Source of the DNA: a bacterium
Lineage (GTDB): Bacteria; Hinthialibacterota; Hinthialibacteria; Hinthialibacterales; Hinthialibacteraceae
NCBI GenBank assembly: GCA_963662285.2
Contig: CAXXMV010000002.1
Location: forward strand, 1,184,001 to 1,248,000
DNA length: 64,000 nt
Direction of reading: 5' to 3'
The translations under genes and the position numbers were made by a program. Below the pieces are notes generated by a model. That model had not been told where the DNA came from. It saw only the letters and a list, made by a program, of their open reading frames with translations, and did no database searches. Positions within the stretch are counted from its first letter, which is position 1, and every line of letters starts with the position of its first letter. Shown piece after piece: positions 20,944 through 29,766 of the stretch.

Positions 20944-22323
20944 ATGAACAAGAAAACCACCCGCCGCAGTTTCTTAAATACTGCCATGGCTTCGTCGCTC
21001 GCTTTAACCGCTGCACCTGTTATTTCGTCAGCTAAGCCCAAGGCCAAATCGTTTTCCGCCAATGACCGCATCCGCATTGGTACCATCGGCATGGGGATTA
21101 TCGGCTTTTTCGATACCGAATGCGCTCTGAAAATTTCAGGCAACGAATTTGTTGCTGCGGCGGATTGTTATGATGGACGTCTTGAACGAACCAAAGAGAA
21201 ATTCGGTAAAGACATTTATACCACCCGCGAATATAAAGAGTTATTAAGCAGAGATGATATCGACGCTGTTCTCCTCTGCGTTCCAGATCATTGGCATCAA
21301 CAACTGGCTATTGAGGCCATGAAAGCCGGAAAAGCGGTTTATTGTGAAAAACCTATGGTGCGTGAGATTTCTGAAGGCGCGGCGATTATCAAAACCCAGA
21401 AAGAAACAGGCGCGATTCTCGAAGTGGGCAGCCAATTCGCCAGTTCTCTACTTACTCTGAAAGCCAAAGAACTCTATGAAAAAGGCGTTATCGGCAAATT
21501 GAATATGGCTAACATTCTAATCAGCCGTAATACCTCAATCGGCGCCTGGCAGTATTCCATTCCCCCCGACGCCTCAACCGATACTATCGACTGGGATCGA
21601 TTCCAGGGCAACGCCCCCAAGAGGGCATTTGATGCGGATCGCTTCTTCCGTTGGAGAAAATATTGGGATTACGGAACCGGCGTGGCTGGCGATATGTACG
21701 TGCATTATTTCACCGCACTGCATCGCATCATCAGCTCTAATGGCCCGAATAAAGCGATGGCTACCGGAGGCGTCCGCTTCTGGACCGAAAAACGTGAAGC
21801 GCCGGATATGATACTGGGTCTGTATGAATATGCTGAAACCGCTAAACATCCGGCATTTACATTGCAGATGGGCGCCAACTTCGCCGATGGCGGTCATGGC
21901 CCGGTATTCCAGTTGATCGGCGATGAAGGAATGTTATCCATGACCGAACGGGGCGTTACCGTAACTCACACCCGTAGTACCGAACCTTCACTGAATCAAT
22001 TAGTTGAGGGTTATAATTCGGTTTTCACCTTCTCGCAGGATCAGCAGGATGCTTTTGTGAAACAATTCAAAAAGATGAATCCCGATTATGATAAACTACA
22101 AAACGTTGCTCCACCCGATGATATCGATTTCCGGGCGCCGCGTGGTTATGATGACCGCCTGGATCACATGAAGGTCTTCTTCGGTGAGATGCGCGGTACT
22201 GATAAAGTTGTGGAAGATCCAGAATTCGGTTTACGCGCCGCCGCCCCTGCTATACTGGCCAATATGTGCTTCAAGGATGATAAAATCTATAAATGGAATC
22301 CTGATACGATGCAATTAGGATAG
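20944..22323 (+). CDS. Tat-exported Gfo/Idh/MocA oxidoreductase
   Basis: TRRSFL signal, GTIGMGIIG, PDHWH, YCEKP, RWRKYWDYGTG. Confidence 0.88.
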   Translation: MNKKTTRRSFLNTAMASSLALTAAPVISSAKPKAKSFSANDRIRIGTIGMGIIGFFDTECALKISGNEFVAAADCYDGRLERTKEKFGKDIYTTREYKELLSRDDIDAVLLCVPDHWHQQLAIEAMKAGKAVYCEKPMVREISEGAAIIKTQKETGAILEVGSQFASSLLTLKAKELYEKGVIGKLNMANILISRNTSIGAWQYSIPPDASTDTIDWDRFQGNAPKRAFDADRFFRWRKYWDYGTGVAGDMYVHYFTALHRIISSNGPNKAMATGGVRFWTEKREAPDMILGLYEYAETAKHPAFTLQMGANFADGGHGPVFQLIGDEGMLSMTERGVTVTHTRSTEPSLNQLVEGYNSVFTFSQDQQDAFVKQFKKMNPDYDKLQNVAPPDDIDFRAPRGYDDRLDHMKVFFGEMRGTDKVVEDPEFGLRAAAPAILANMCFKDDKIYKWNPDTMQLG

Positions 22324-22392
22324 CCGTATTCAAATAAGTATTGATTAAAGACAACAGGTCAGCCAATTTAAGTGCGTTATCCCTCCCCCAAG

Positions 22393-23899
22393 TGTACAGA
22401 CCGGGTAGATGGGTAACACATGTTCGGGGACATGGGTTACAGTTTTTTATCAAAACCGGGATTTATCCCAGGTTATTGTTTGAGTTTTTTTTTAGGCATC
22501 TAGAGATGCTCAGGATAATTGGTTGGCTTAGAGGGAGGAGGTGAATATTTCACCTCCTGCATTATCCCTCGCACCTCGGATCGGCTATCCCTGGCGGGTT
22601 GCACTCCTGCAGCGCCCGCTTCCGTTTCGCCCAACCAATTTCTATTGTGACGCCTTTTTCTGGATTGCCAAGTTATCTTCTTTGATTTCATTCAAACGCA
22701 GATCGAGCATCTTGATTTTTTGTCGGCAAAAATATACGTCCATCATCCCATCGGTCATAGCGGGTTTCAAGGCAACCGGGCATCCTACCAGGGCGCGGCT
22801 CACCCGGTAATCTTCACCACGGTACGCCACCCGACCTCCTTGTTGCACCTTCCTGATAATGCTGCCCGGCGCGTACTCGATATCCGGCAAACTTCCCGGA
22901 TAAACAAAAGGACTGGACGTATAATGGTTAGCCGGGACATCCATATCCAGGGCTTCGTGAGGACGCTCAAAATTGTATTCATAACGCCACTCATCAAACC
23001 GCCTTTGGCAATATTCCAAATCCACAAACGATTCCCTTATCAGCAATTCTTGCTTAAAGGTCCGGTGAAATCGCTCGACCTTGCCTTGGGTTTGCGGATG
23101 GTAGGGGCGACCGTGATACACGCGAATACCCAATCGTATCAGCCATATTGTCAATCTGGTGTATTCGCAGGTTTTGCATCCTCCCCACGGACTTCCGTTA
23201 TCCATCAACATCGCCCGAGGCATACCATACATCCTGAACACGCTTTCCAGGGAGTCTTGCACGGTTTCCCTTTGCTGATTGGCGCACGAAAATAATCCGG
23301 GAACAAAGCGCGTGCAATCATCCAGAATGCTGAGCGGATAACAGCGTGCTTTGAGCGTGGGAAAATCTCCTTTGAAATCCATTTGCCACAATTCGTTGGG
23401 CGTATCTTTTTCAAAACGCTTATAGGCTTTGTGCTTGTGACTTTCCTTTTCATCCAGCAATCCCAGTCGGCGTAACACGGCAGTAATAGTGCTGGCGCTA
23501 GGAACATTTTCGTATCCCAATTGAATCAGACGAGAGCGAATTTTGCGTCCTCCCCATCCTTTTTCGCGATTTTCTGTAATGGCTTGCTCGATAGACTTAT
23601 CTGTTTGATGAGGGCAAGTATTGGGTTTTTTGGAACGGTCTTGGAGATTTTCGCCTCCTCCTTCTTTGTACCGTTTGATCCATTTGTAACCCGTCTTACG
23701 GCTGATATCAAACCGTTTACATAATTGGCTGATGTTGCTTTCTTCTTGCTGGCTCAACAATACGAATTCTTTTCTCAGAGACATAAGGTCCACCTCGTTC
23801 CAGGGCATATTCTTCGCCTCCTTTCAAGGCTAGAATACACTCAGGGAATGTGTTACCTATGTCCCCGAACACCTGTTACCCATGTCCCAGGCCTTTACA
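22393..23899 (-). mobile_element. IS481-family insertion sequence (1507 bp)
   Basis: TGT...ACA ends, ~50-bp imperfect terminal inverted repeats with internal GGACATGGGTAACA-type repeats, 5-bp target duplication CCAAG (22388-22392 / 23900-23904). Confidence 0.92.
22642..23808 (-). CDS. IS481-family DDE transposase
   Basis: MPW start, HTH ISRKTGYKW, LWQMDFKG, LDDCTRF, MDNGSPW, HPQTQGKVERFHRT, YNFERPHEAL. Confidence 0.95.
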   Translation of the reverse strand: MPWNEVDLMSLRKEFVLLSQQEESNISQLCKRFDISRKTGYKWIKRYKEGGGENLQDRSKKPNTCPHQTDKSIEQAITENREKGWGGRKIRSRLIQLGYENVPSASTITAVLRRLGLLDEKESHKHKAYKRFEKDTPNELWQMDFKGDFPTLKARCYPLSILDDCTRFVPGLFSCANQQRETVQDSLESVFRMYGMPRAMLMDNGSPWGGCKTCEYTRLTIWLIRLGIRVYHGRPYHPQTQGKVERFHRTFKQELLIRESFVDLEYCQRRFDEWRYEYNFERPHEALDMDVPANHYTSSPFVYPGSLPDIEYAPGSIIRKVQQGGRVAYRGEDYRVSRALVGCPVALKPAMTDGMMDVYFCRQKIKMLDLRLNEIKEDNLAIQKKASQ

Positions 23900-24005
23900 C
23901 CAAGCCTGGGGGAGGTTAGGTGGGGGGTTGATTCGTTGAACGCAACCCCCTCCTCTAACTCCCAATGTCATTAAGTTAAGCCCCTTGTCCCCTCTCCCAT
24001 CGGGA

Positions 24006-24030
24006 GTTACTCATGTCCCAGGCCTTTACA
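24006..24030. mobile_element. Solo remnant of the same IS481 end
   Basis: gttactcatgtcccaggcctttaca matches the IS end at 23875-23899 with one mismatch; followed by ccaaacttgggggga. Confidence 0.8.
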
Positions 24031-24126
24031 CCAAACTTGGGGGGATAATTTTAATGAAAAAGTCTTGTATAAAGCATAGTTATAATGTTACTGTTTTATA
24101 TGGCTGACCTGTTACGATTAAAGTAA

Positions 24127-24152
24127 AAAAGGCCCGGATATCCGGGCCTTTT
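24127..24152. terminator. Bidirectional terminator
   Basis: aaaaggcccgga-ta-tccgggcctttt. Confidence 0.85.
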
Positions 24153-24181
24153 AACCTTATCGCTTTAGGTTTTTCTGAGGT

Positions 24182-24805
24182 TCATTTCTTTAATACGCAA
24201 ACCAGTGAAATCTCCTTTTGTTTGGCGAAATCTGCGGGAGCAATAAATCCTTTGCGATCATGTTTAATTTTAATTCCCAGATGGTTGTAGCATTCCCACA
24301 CATATTCTGAGCAGATATACTCACGATCTCTTTTTAGTTCTTTTTTTTCGGCGTTTGAGAAAGGCAGCCATGATGTCGCGATTCTGGCAGCGATTTTGGC
24401 TATTTCTTTGTTGTCGTAGGGATAGCCGAAAAGATCCACTGCGAATTGTCCGAATTTGTCCATGTTTTTCTGTTTTGCTTTTTCCGCGAAGTTTGAGTGG
24501 CGTAGAAGAACGAATCCTCCTTTGTATGGATTGCCTTTGCTGTCGTAGTCGGTCAGGTATTTGCTGAGAGGGACGGTTCGGATTCCGAGAGGTTCAACGC
24601 TTTCCAGAACCATGACCCGGTCAATTGCATCCAATCGCATAACAAATCCTACATGGCTCCAACAACTCTTGGTCGCCCTTTGGATCATCTTTGAGAAAAA
24701 GCCCGAACCAGAGCAAAGAAGAATATCGCCTGATTGGATATTCTTGCGAAAATCTTTATAATCAACTGCTTTGTTGGTTGGGAATTTAGTTGAGGGAATT
24801 GCCAT
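24182..24805 (-). CDS. Permuted papain-like NlpC/P60 (YiiX/YebB-like) amidase/acyltransferase
   Basis: QSGDILL, WSHVG (His) precedes YICSEYV (Cys); GYPYD; APADF. Confidence 0.85.
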   Translation of the reverse strand: MAIPSTKFPTNKAVDYKDFRKNIQSGDILLCSGSGFFSKMIQRATKSCWSHVGFVMRLDAIDRVMVLESVEPLGIRTVPLSKYLTDYDSKGNPYKGGFVLLRHSNFAEKAKQKNMDKFGQFAVDLFGYPYDNKEIAKIAARIATSWLPFSNAEKKELKRDREYICSEYVWECYNHLGIKIKHDRKGFIAPADFAKQKEISLVCVLKK

Positions 24806-24962
24806 TGCATTACTCCTTCCTCAGGATTTTTTTTGATTATAAATGCATTTTTATTTATGTAAAAATTAGTATAGAGTGATTTTGAATAATACGCGTGTTA
24901 GTGGAGTTGTTCAAAATTCCATTGACTTTTTGTCGGCTCATCATAAATTGGTTTAAAGAACC

Positions 24963-24991
24963 ACGGTGAGATTCGCACCGAATCTCACCGT
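24963..24991. terminator. Hairpin downstream of 25062-25667
   Basis: acggtgagattcg-cac-cgaatctcaccgt, perfect 13-bp stem. Confidence 0.6.
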
Positions 24992-25061
24992 TTGGGGGGA
25001 GGGGGATGTATCGCATTAGACTATCTGCTGTTTGCAATACATGTATTATTCTGTAATTTGT

Positions 25062-25667
25062 TTAGGCGTCTTCTTTCTCATTATCCTCGTTTGTGATTCT
25101 TTTCAGGGCTTTGCGAACTTCGGGGGGCAGTTCTACAAATTCTTCTACCAAGCCTAATTCTTGAATGACTCTGGCTGCTAGTTTAACTAAACCTTTGGGA
25201 ACCTTAACATGGATATCTTGACCTTTATCATCATCTTGATCTTCTTTTACATGCACGGTAATGAAATTTAATTGTTTGCGGTTTTCGTCAGTGATTGGTT
25301 CAAACCATACGCGAACTTTGTCTTCTCCGGTAATGCGAACCAGGTCTTCACCTTCAAGCGTACTGAGTTCTTTCATGATTGTTTTGGGAGTTAATTCCAG
25401 TTTTTCGCAGGCTTGATGGATCTCTTTGGGCATTACTTTGTAAAGAACGTCAAGCAATCCCAGTGGTACTGATATCTCTACTATTTCACCGCGTTTTTGT
25501 TCTACTTCTACTCGCAGCAAAGTTGTTTCTGCATCCAGCGCAGCGCTGGCGCTATTGATGATGGTTAGTCCTGTGATGATGCAGCATGTGAAAATCAATG
25601 CTGTTGTGATTGTTTTTTTGGAAATGTTCATCATAATCCCTCTTCTCTTTTTTTGTATTTCCGTCAT
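25062..25667 (-). CDS. Exported hypothetical protein with an internally duplicated ~70-aa unit
   Basis: Signal peptide (start probably ~25634); VEISVPLGLL and IHVKVPKGLV repeated motif. Confidence 0.7.
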   Translation of the reverse strand: MTEIQKKRRGIMMNISKKTITTALIFTCCIITGLTIINSASAALDAETTLLRVEVEQKRGEIVEISVPLGLLDVLYKVMPKEIHQACEKLELTPKTIMKELSTLEGEDLVRITGEDKVRVWFEPITDENRKQLNFITVHVKEDQDDDKGQDIHVKVPKGLVKLAARVIQELGLVEEFVELPPEVRKALKRITNEDNEKEDA

Positions 25668-25829
25668 CCATTGAAACTAATACGGAGAGAGTTCTGGATT
25701 ATTTCAATTTTATTTCATTTTTTTTATTTTTCTTGTTTGTATCATGCTTAATATATCAACGAAAAGTGTAAAATAACCATAAATATATATTGGGAATATT
25801 GCTGCTAAAGTTTTAGCAAATATTGATTT

Positions 25830-26687
25830 ATGAAGAGGAAAATAATGAAAAGAATTATTATGCGTTATTCTGTATTATTTTTGTGTTTAGTATTTTTTAC
25901 CCTATCCGCCCAGACTCAACCAATCCCCAGAATATTATTGGTTGGCGACAGTTGGCCGGAAATAATGTGGAACGAAAGGTCTTTCCAAAAAGTATTAGAT
26001 CAGTCCGGTTTAAGTCAGTTCGAGGAAAAAGGCGCAGTTACCGCCAGAGGTGGATCAACCGCCCAGCAGTGGGCGACCCAGGGTTATCTTCATAACATCA
26101 CCGCTGAACTGGATAAGTATCCTACCATCGATATTGTTTGCTTATGGATAGGCGGAAATGATTTTCTCCCAGCAAGTAGTCCTTCTGATACGCCGTCGCA
26201 AATCAATGCTTTGAAAACAAATATCACTAAGAATGTAGAAATAATTGTAGATCATATTTTATCTATTCGACCTGATTTAAGGGTTCTTTTAGTCGATTAT
26301 GATTATTTGGTTTGGATATCTGGATTTACTACGCCAGAATTAAATGGAAGGTTTATCGATTTTGCGCAGGCCAGGTTGGAATTAGCCAATACCAAAGAAC
26401 GGATGTTCTATTTATCAAATTACGGATTGATGCAGCATGCTTATGGCTTAACCGGTATATACGAGCCGGGTGAATTACCTGCTCCAGGCGGCCCGCCTAA
26501 TCATGATCCACTTGCGGGAGGCGACCCGAATTACGGCAGCCCGGCAAGCGCTTTCAGGGATACTCTCCATTTGACGACCGAGGCATATTTGGTTCTGGCG
26601 CAAAGATGTGTGGATATGTACCTGGAAGATTGGCTGCTGCATCCACTGGGGCAATCCAGCGTGCAAAGTTGGGAATTATTGAATTAG
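25830..26687 (+). CDS. Secreted SGNH/GDSL hydrolase
   Basis: LLVGDSW, ARGGST, IGGND, DTLH; ends SSVQSWELLN. Confidence 0.85.
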   Translation: MKRKIMKRIIMRYSVLFLCLVFFTLSAQTQPIPRILLVGDSWPEIMWNERSFQKVLDQSGLSQFEEKGAVTARGGSTAQQWATQGYLHNITAELDKYPTIDIVCLWIGGNDFLPASSPSDTPSQINALKTNITKNVEIIVDHILSIRPDLRVLLVDYDYLVWISGFTTPELNGRFIDFAQARLELANTKERMFYLSNYGLMQHAYGLTGIYEPGELPAPGGPPNHDPLAGGDPNYGSPASAFRDTLHLTTEAYLVLAQRCVDMYLEDWLLHPLGQSSVQSWELLN

Positions 26688-26804
26688 AATTATTCTGGTA
26701 CTTTGATCAACTCATAATCTGAGGTAACAAATTTCCCTCTCCCGCCGGGCTCCTCTCCTGACACAAATCAGGAGAGGAGCATGAAACGGAGAACATCATA
26801 GAGT

Positions 26805-27123
26805 GGGGAGCATCGGCTTCTAGCCGGTGCGTCAAAGAAACCTATAAACCAGTCAACCAATTCCTAATGTCTCGTAGAATCCTTCCTCACATTCAATATC
26901 CTGGCCAAACCTATTTCATTACGTTCAGAATCCATGATATTATTATGCCAAACGTAGTGTTGTCATGAATTCATGTTTGTGTTGTGATGCCGGATCACGT
27001 GCACATCCACCTGACGCCATTGGAAATTTCAAACCTTGGATATCATTCGATCACAACAATACTTCATATTTGTTTGAAGAGAACCAAAGGTATTGGCGCA
27101 CCGGCTAGAAGCCGATGCTCCCC
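26805..27123. repeat. Inverted REP pair bracketing a RAYT remnant
   Basis: Perfect 27-bp inverted repeat ggggagcatcggcttctagccggtgcg (26805-26831 / 27097-27123). Confidence 0.88.
26867..27096 (+). pseudogene. Truncated REP-associated tyrosine (HUH/Y1) transposase
   Basis: Manual translation MSRRILPHIQYPGQTYFITFR...VVLS*IHVCVVMPDHVHIHLTPL...SITTILH; in-frame TGA at 26966; C-terminal catalytic Tyr region absent. Confidence 0.85.
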
Positions 27124-27284
27124 TTTTTGATGTTCCCTGGTTATTGGTTGAGTGTTTTTTCAGTTCATCAGAGGTAGGTGCATTGCCACTACTTCAATTT
27201 CACAACAATGTGTCTGGAGAGTAGCACTCCGGGAGAGGGCTAGGGTGAGGGGGAATTACAGAACACCAATCAAACGAGCCTGCC

Positions 27285-28283
27285 TCAGGACAGCGATGAA
27301 ATCGCGTTGAGGGCCAGATCAGCGGTTCTTCCCGCCTTGAGGTAGTGATAGGCCAGTCCGGCTACCATAGCGCCGTTGTCCATCGAAAAGCGTTTTTCGG
27401 GGATATAGACGTTGTATCCTGCTTTTTCAGCCCGCTTAGTCAGTTCGTCACGCAGTGGTTGGTTGGCGGATACGCCGCCGACCAGTGAAATATGGCGCAA
27501 TCCGAATTGTTGAGCGGCGCGTAATGTCTTGGTAACCAGCACATCTACCGCCGCTTGTTGGAATGATGCAGCGATGCGGGTTATCTCGGCTTCATCAAGA
27601 GTGTTTTTGCGCATGTAGTTGACTACAGCGGTTTTTAATCCACTGAATGAAAAATCTAATCCCTTAGACATCATGGGGCGCGGGAACTTGATCCATTCAC
27701 CGTCGAAATTCGCGGCGCGTTTCTGGATAGCCGGTCCACCGGGGTATCCCAGATCGAGGGCTTTGGCTACTTTGTCGAAGGCCTCGCCAGCCGCGTCATC
27801 TTTGGTTCCACTGAGCCGGGTTAATTCCTGCCAGCTGTCGATGCGGTAAAGAGAAGTATGCCCCCCGGATACCAGTAAGGCCAAATGAGGGAAGGGTGGA
27901 TGTTGATCGGGCGGCATGTCTAATGCCGTGGTATAGACATGCGCTTCGAGATGGTTGACGCCGATCAGCGGCTTGTGTAGTGAATAAGCCAGAGATTTAG
28001 CCAGCGATAAGCCCGCCAATAGACATCCGGCTAAACCGGGGCCGTATGTAACCGCCACCGCATCAATCCGGTTAAACGACATATCCGCTTGGGATAGGCA
28101 TTGTTTAACCAGAGGCGCCAGATTTTCGACATGGGCGCGGGAAGCGATTTCCGGCACTACTCCGCCATAGGGACGATGTATTTCGATTTGCGATGAAACC
28201 AGATTGGAGAGAGTATGCACTCCATCAACCGTTATGGCTACTGCGGTATCATCGCATGATGTTTCAATTCCTAGGATTCGCAA
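27285..28283 (-). CDS. tsaD: tRNA N6-threonylcarbamoyladenosine transferase TsaD
   Basis: ILGIETSCDDT, GGVVPEIASRAH, NHLEAH, LLVSGGHT, DDAAGEAFDKVA, GYPGGP, FSFSGLKTA, DNGAM. Confidence 0.97.
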   Translation of the reverse strand: MRILGIETSCDDTAVAITVDGVHTLSNLVSSQIEIHRPYGGVVPEIASRAHVENLAPLVKQCLSQADMSFNRIDAVAVTYGPGLAGCLLAGLSLAKSLAYSLHKPLIGVNHLEAHVYTTALDMPPDQHPPFPHLALLVSGGHTSLYRIDSWQELTRLSGTKDDAAGEAFDKVAKALDLGYPGGPAIQKRAANFDGEWIKFPRPMMSKGLDFSFSGLKTAVVNYMRKNTLDEAEITRIAASFQQAAVDVLVTKTLRAAQQFGLRHISLVGGVSANQPLRDELTKRAEKAGYNVYIPEKRFSMDNGAMVAGLAYHYLKAGRTADLALNAISSLS

Positions 28284-29664
28284 GGCTGTATAGACTTTCT
28301 TTATTGGATTGGAGCAAGACTGCTCCCTTTATGCATTGATAGGCCGTGTATAATTCGATATCGTAAACCTGGTCTTGCTCGCTCTCTTCCTTCTTTTCGA
28401 ATATTTCATCTACCGTGACGGGTTTATCCGGATCGGCTTCCTGTTCGACTTTTTCTTCAACTTTTTTTCCGGTCTGTGCAGGATGTAGATAGCCGACTTT
28501 ACCGGCCAGGTGAACTGCCCGTCGTTGTTCGTCTGTAACCTGGGCAAAGATATCCGGCAGCAATCCTTTTTGCTCATCGATGGATTTACCGGCTGGCGTA
28601 TAATACTTGGCGGTAGTAATTTTAAGTCTGGCGCCTTCCAGGGAGGGCAAATCGTATACTGTTTGAACCAAGCCTTTACCGAAGGTTCGATGCCCGACAG
28701 GCCCGACTATGATGCCGCGTTTATGGTCCTGGAGGCAGCCGGCGACGATCTCCGATGCGCTGGCGGAGTATTCGTTTACCAACACCGCCAACGCAAAATT
28801 GCTGACGGGTTTCTTTTTGGAATAATAGGTTGTTTCAAAATCGTTGCAGTCTTTTTGAGAGACGATTATTTTATCTTTTTCAAGAAACAGATCGCAAATA
28901 CTTACCGCTACATCAAGCAGCCCCCCTACGTTATCTCTTAAATCGAGCACCAAACCACGCATGCCTTCGTCTTCCAGTTTACGGATGGCTTTTTCCAACT
29001 CTTCGGAGGCGTCACGGGTGAAATCGCGCAGCCTGATATAGCCGATAGACGAATCGAGCATAATTTGTTCATCATTTGGTACGGCGCTTACATTGATTAT
29101 CGCTCTAGTAAGGGTTTTCTTGATTAATTCAGTCTCTCCTTTTCGGGCGATAGAGATGGTAACCTGGGTGTCCGGTTCTCCCTTGAGCTGTTTGATGGCT
29201 TTTTCGATGGATATGCCCCGCATGCTGACGCCTTCGATCTCAACAATCCGGTCTCCGCTCAAAAGTTGGGCTTTGCTGGCGGGAGTATCCGGCAATGGTT
29301 CAAGCACCGTTAGCCATCCGTCAATCACTTTGATTTGAATGCCCAGGCCGCCGAATGAACCTTCGGTTTGATCATCAAATTCCTTGGCTTCGTCAACTTC
29401 CAGGAAGACGCTATAGCGGTCAAGGCTGGAGACCATCCCATGAATAGCTCCTTTGACCAGATCTTCGGTTTTTGTTTTATCCGAATCAACATAATTCTTC
29501 TGGATGGTGACAAGTACTTTGGTGAGTACTTTCATCTTTTTCATGTATTCGTCGATATCTTCATAGGCTAGAACGCTGCGTTGAACGCCTATTCCTGTTC
29601 CAATAAATACGAATAACATAACAACAAAGAGGAAATAAATATGTTTTCTGCCCGGGGTTGCCAT
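28264..29664 (-). CDS. ctpA: S41 C-terminal processing peptidase with PDZ domain
   Basis: FGGLGI, LDLRDNVGG, SASASEIVAG, TFGKG, TAKYYTP; overlaps the tsaD start by 20 nt. Confidence 0.9.
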   Translation of the reverse strand: MATPGRKHIYFLFVVMLFVFIGTGIGVQRSVLAYEDIDEYMKKMKVLTKVLVTIQKNYVDSDKTKTEDLVKGAIHGMVSSLDRYSVFLEVDEAKEFDDQTEGSFGGLGIQIKVIDGWLTVLEPLPDTPASKAQLLSGDRIVEIEGVSMRGISIEKAIKQLKGEPDTQVTISIARKGETELIKKTLTRAIINVSAVPNDEQIMLDSSIGYIRLRDFTRDASEELEKAIRKLEDEGMRGLVLDLRDNVGGLLDVAVSICDLFLEKDKIIVSQKDCNDFETTYYSKKKPVSNFALAVLVNEYSASASEIVAGCLQDHKRGIIVGPVGHRTFGKGLVQTVYDLPSLEGARLKITTAKYYTPAGKSIDEQKGLLPDIFAQVTDEQRRAVHLAGKVGYLHPAQTGKKVEEKVEQEADPDKPVTVDEIFEKKEESEQDQVYDIELYTAYQCIKGAVLLQSNKESLYSLANPRN

Positions 29665-29766
29665 CTGCCTGACTCCTTGGGAGTATAGATTTTTATCTGT
29701 TTACCATTGTTTATAAAAAATTTATTCTGATCAAATCTTATATCCGTTTATATTTTTATATACCGA

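Larger units (their letters stand above)
22351..24115. mobile_element. Short non-autonomous element (~250 bp without its passenger) carrying a nested IS481
   Basis: 13-bp inverted repeat AACAGGTCAGCCA (22353-22365 / 24101-24113); flanking 8-bp direct repeat GATTAAAG (22343-22350 / 24116-24123). Confidence 0.65.

Noticed and set aside
22500-23919. Several short ORFs overlapping the IS481
   Set aside because: Alternative-frame or antisense shadows of the transposase with no recognisable motifs.
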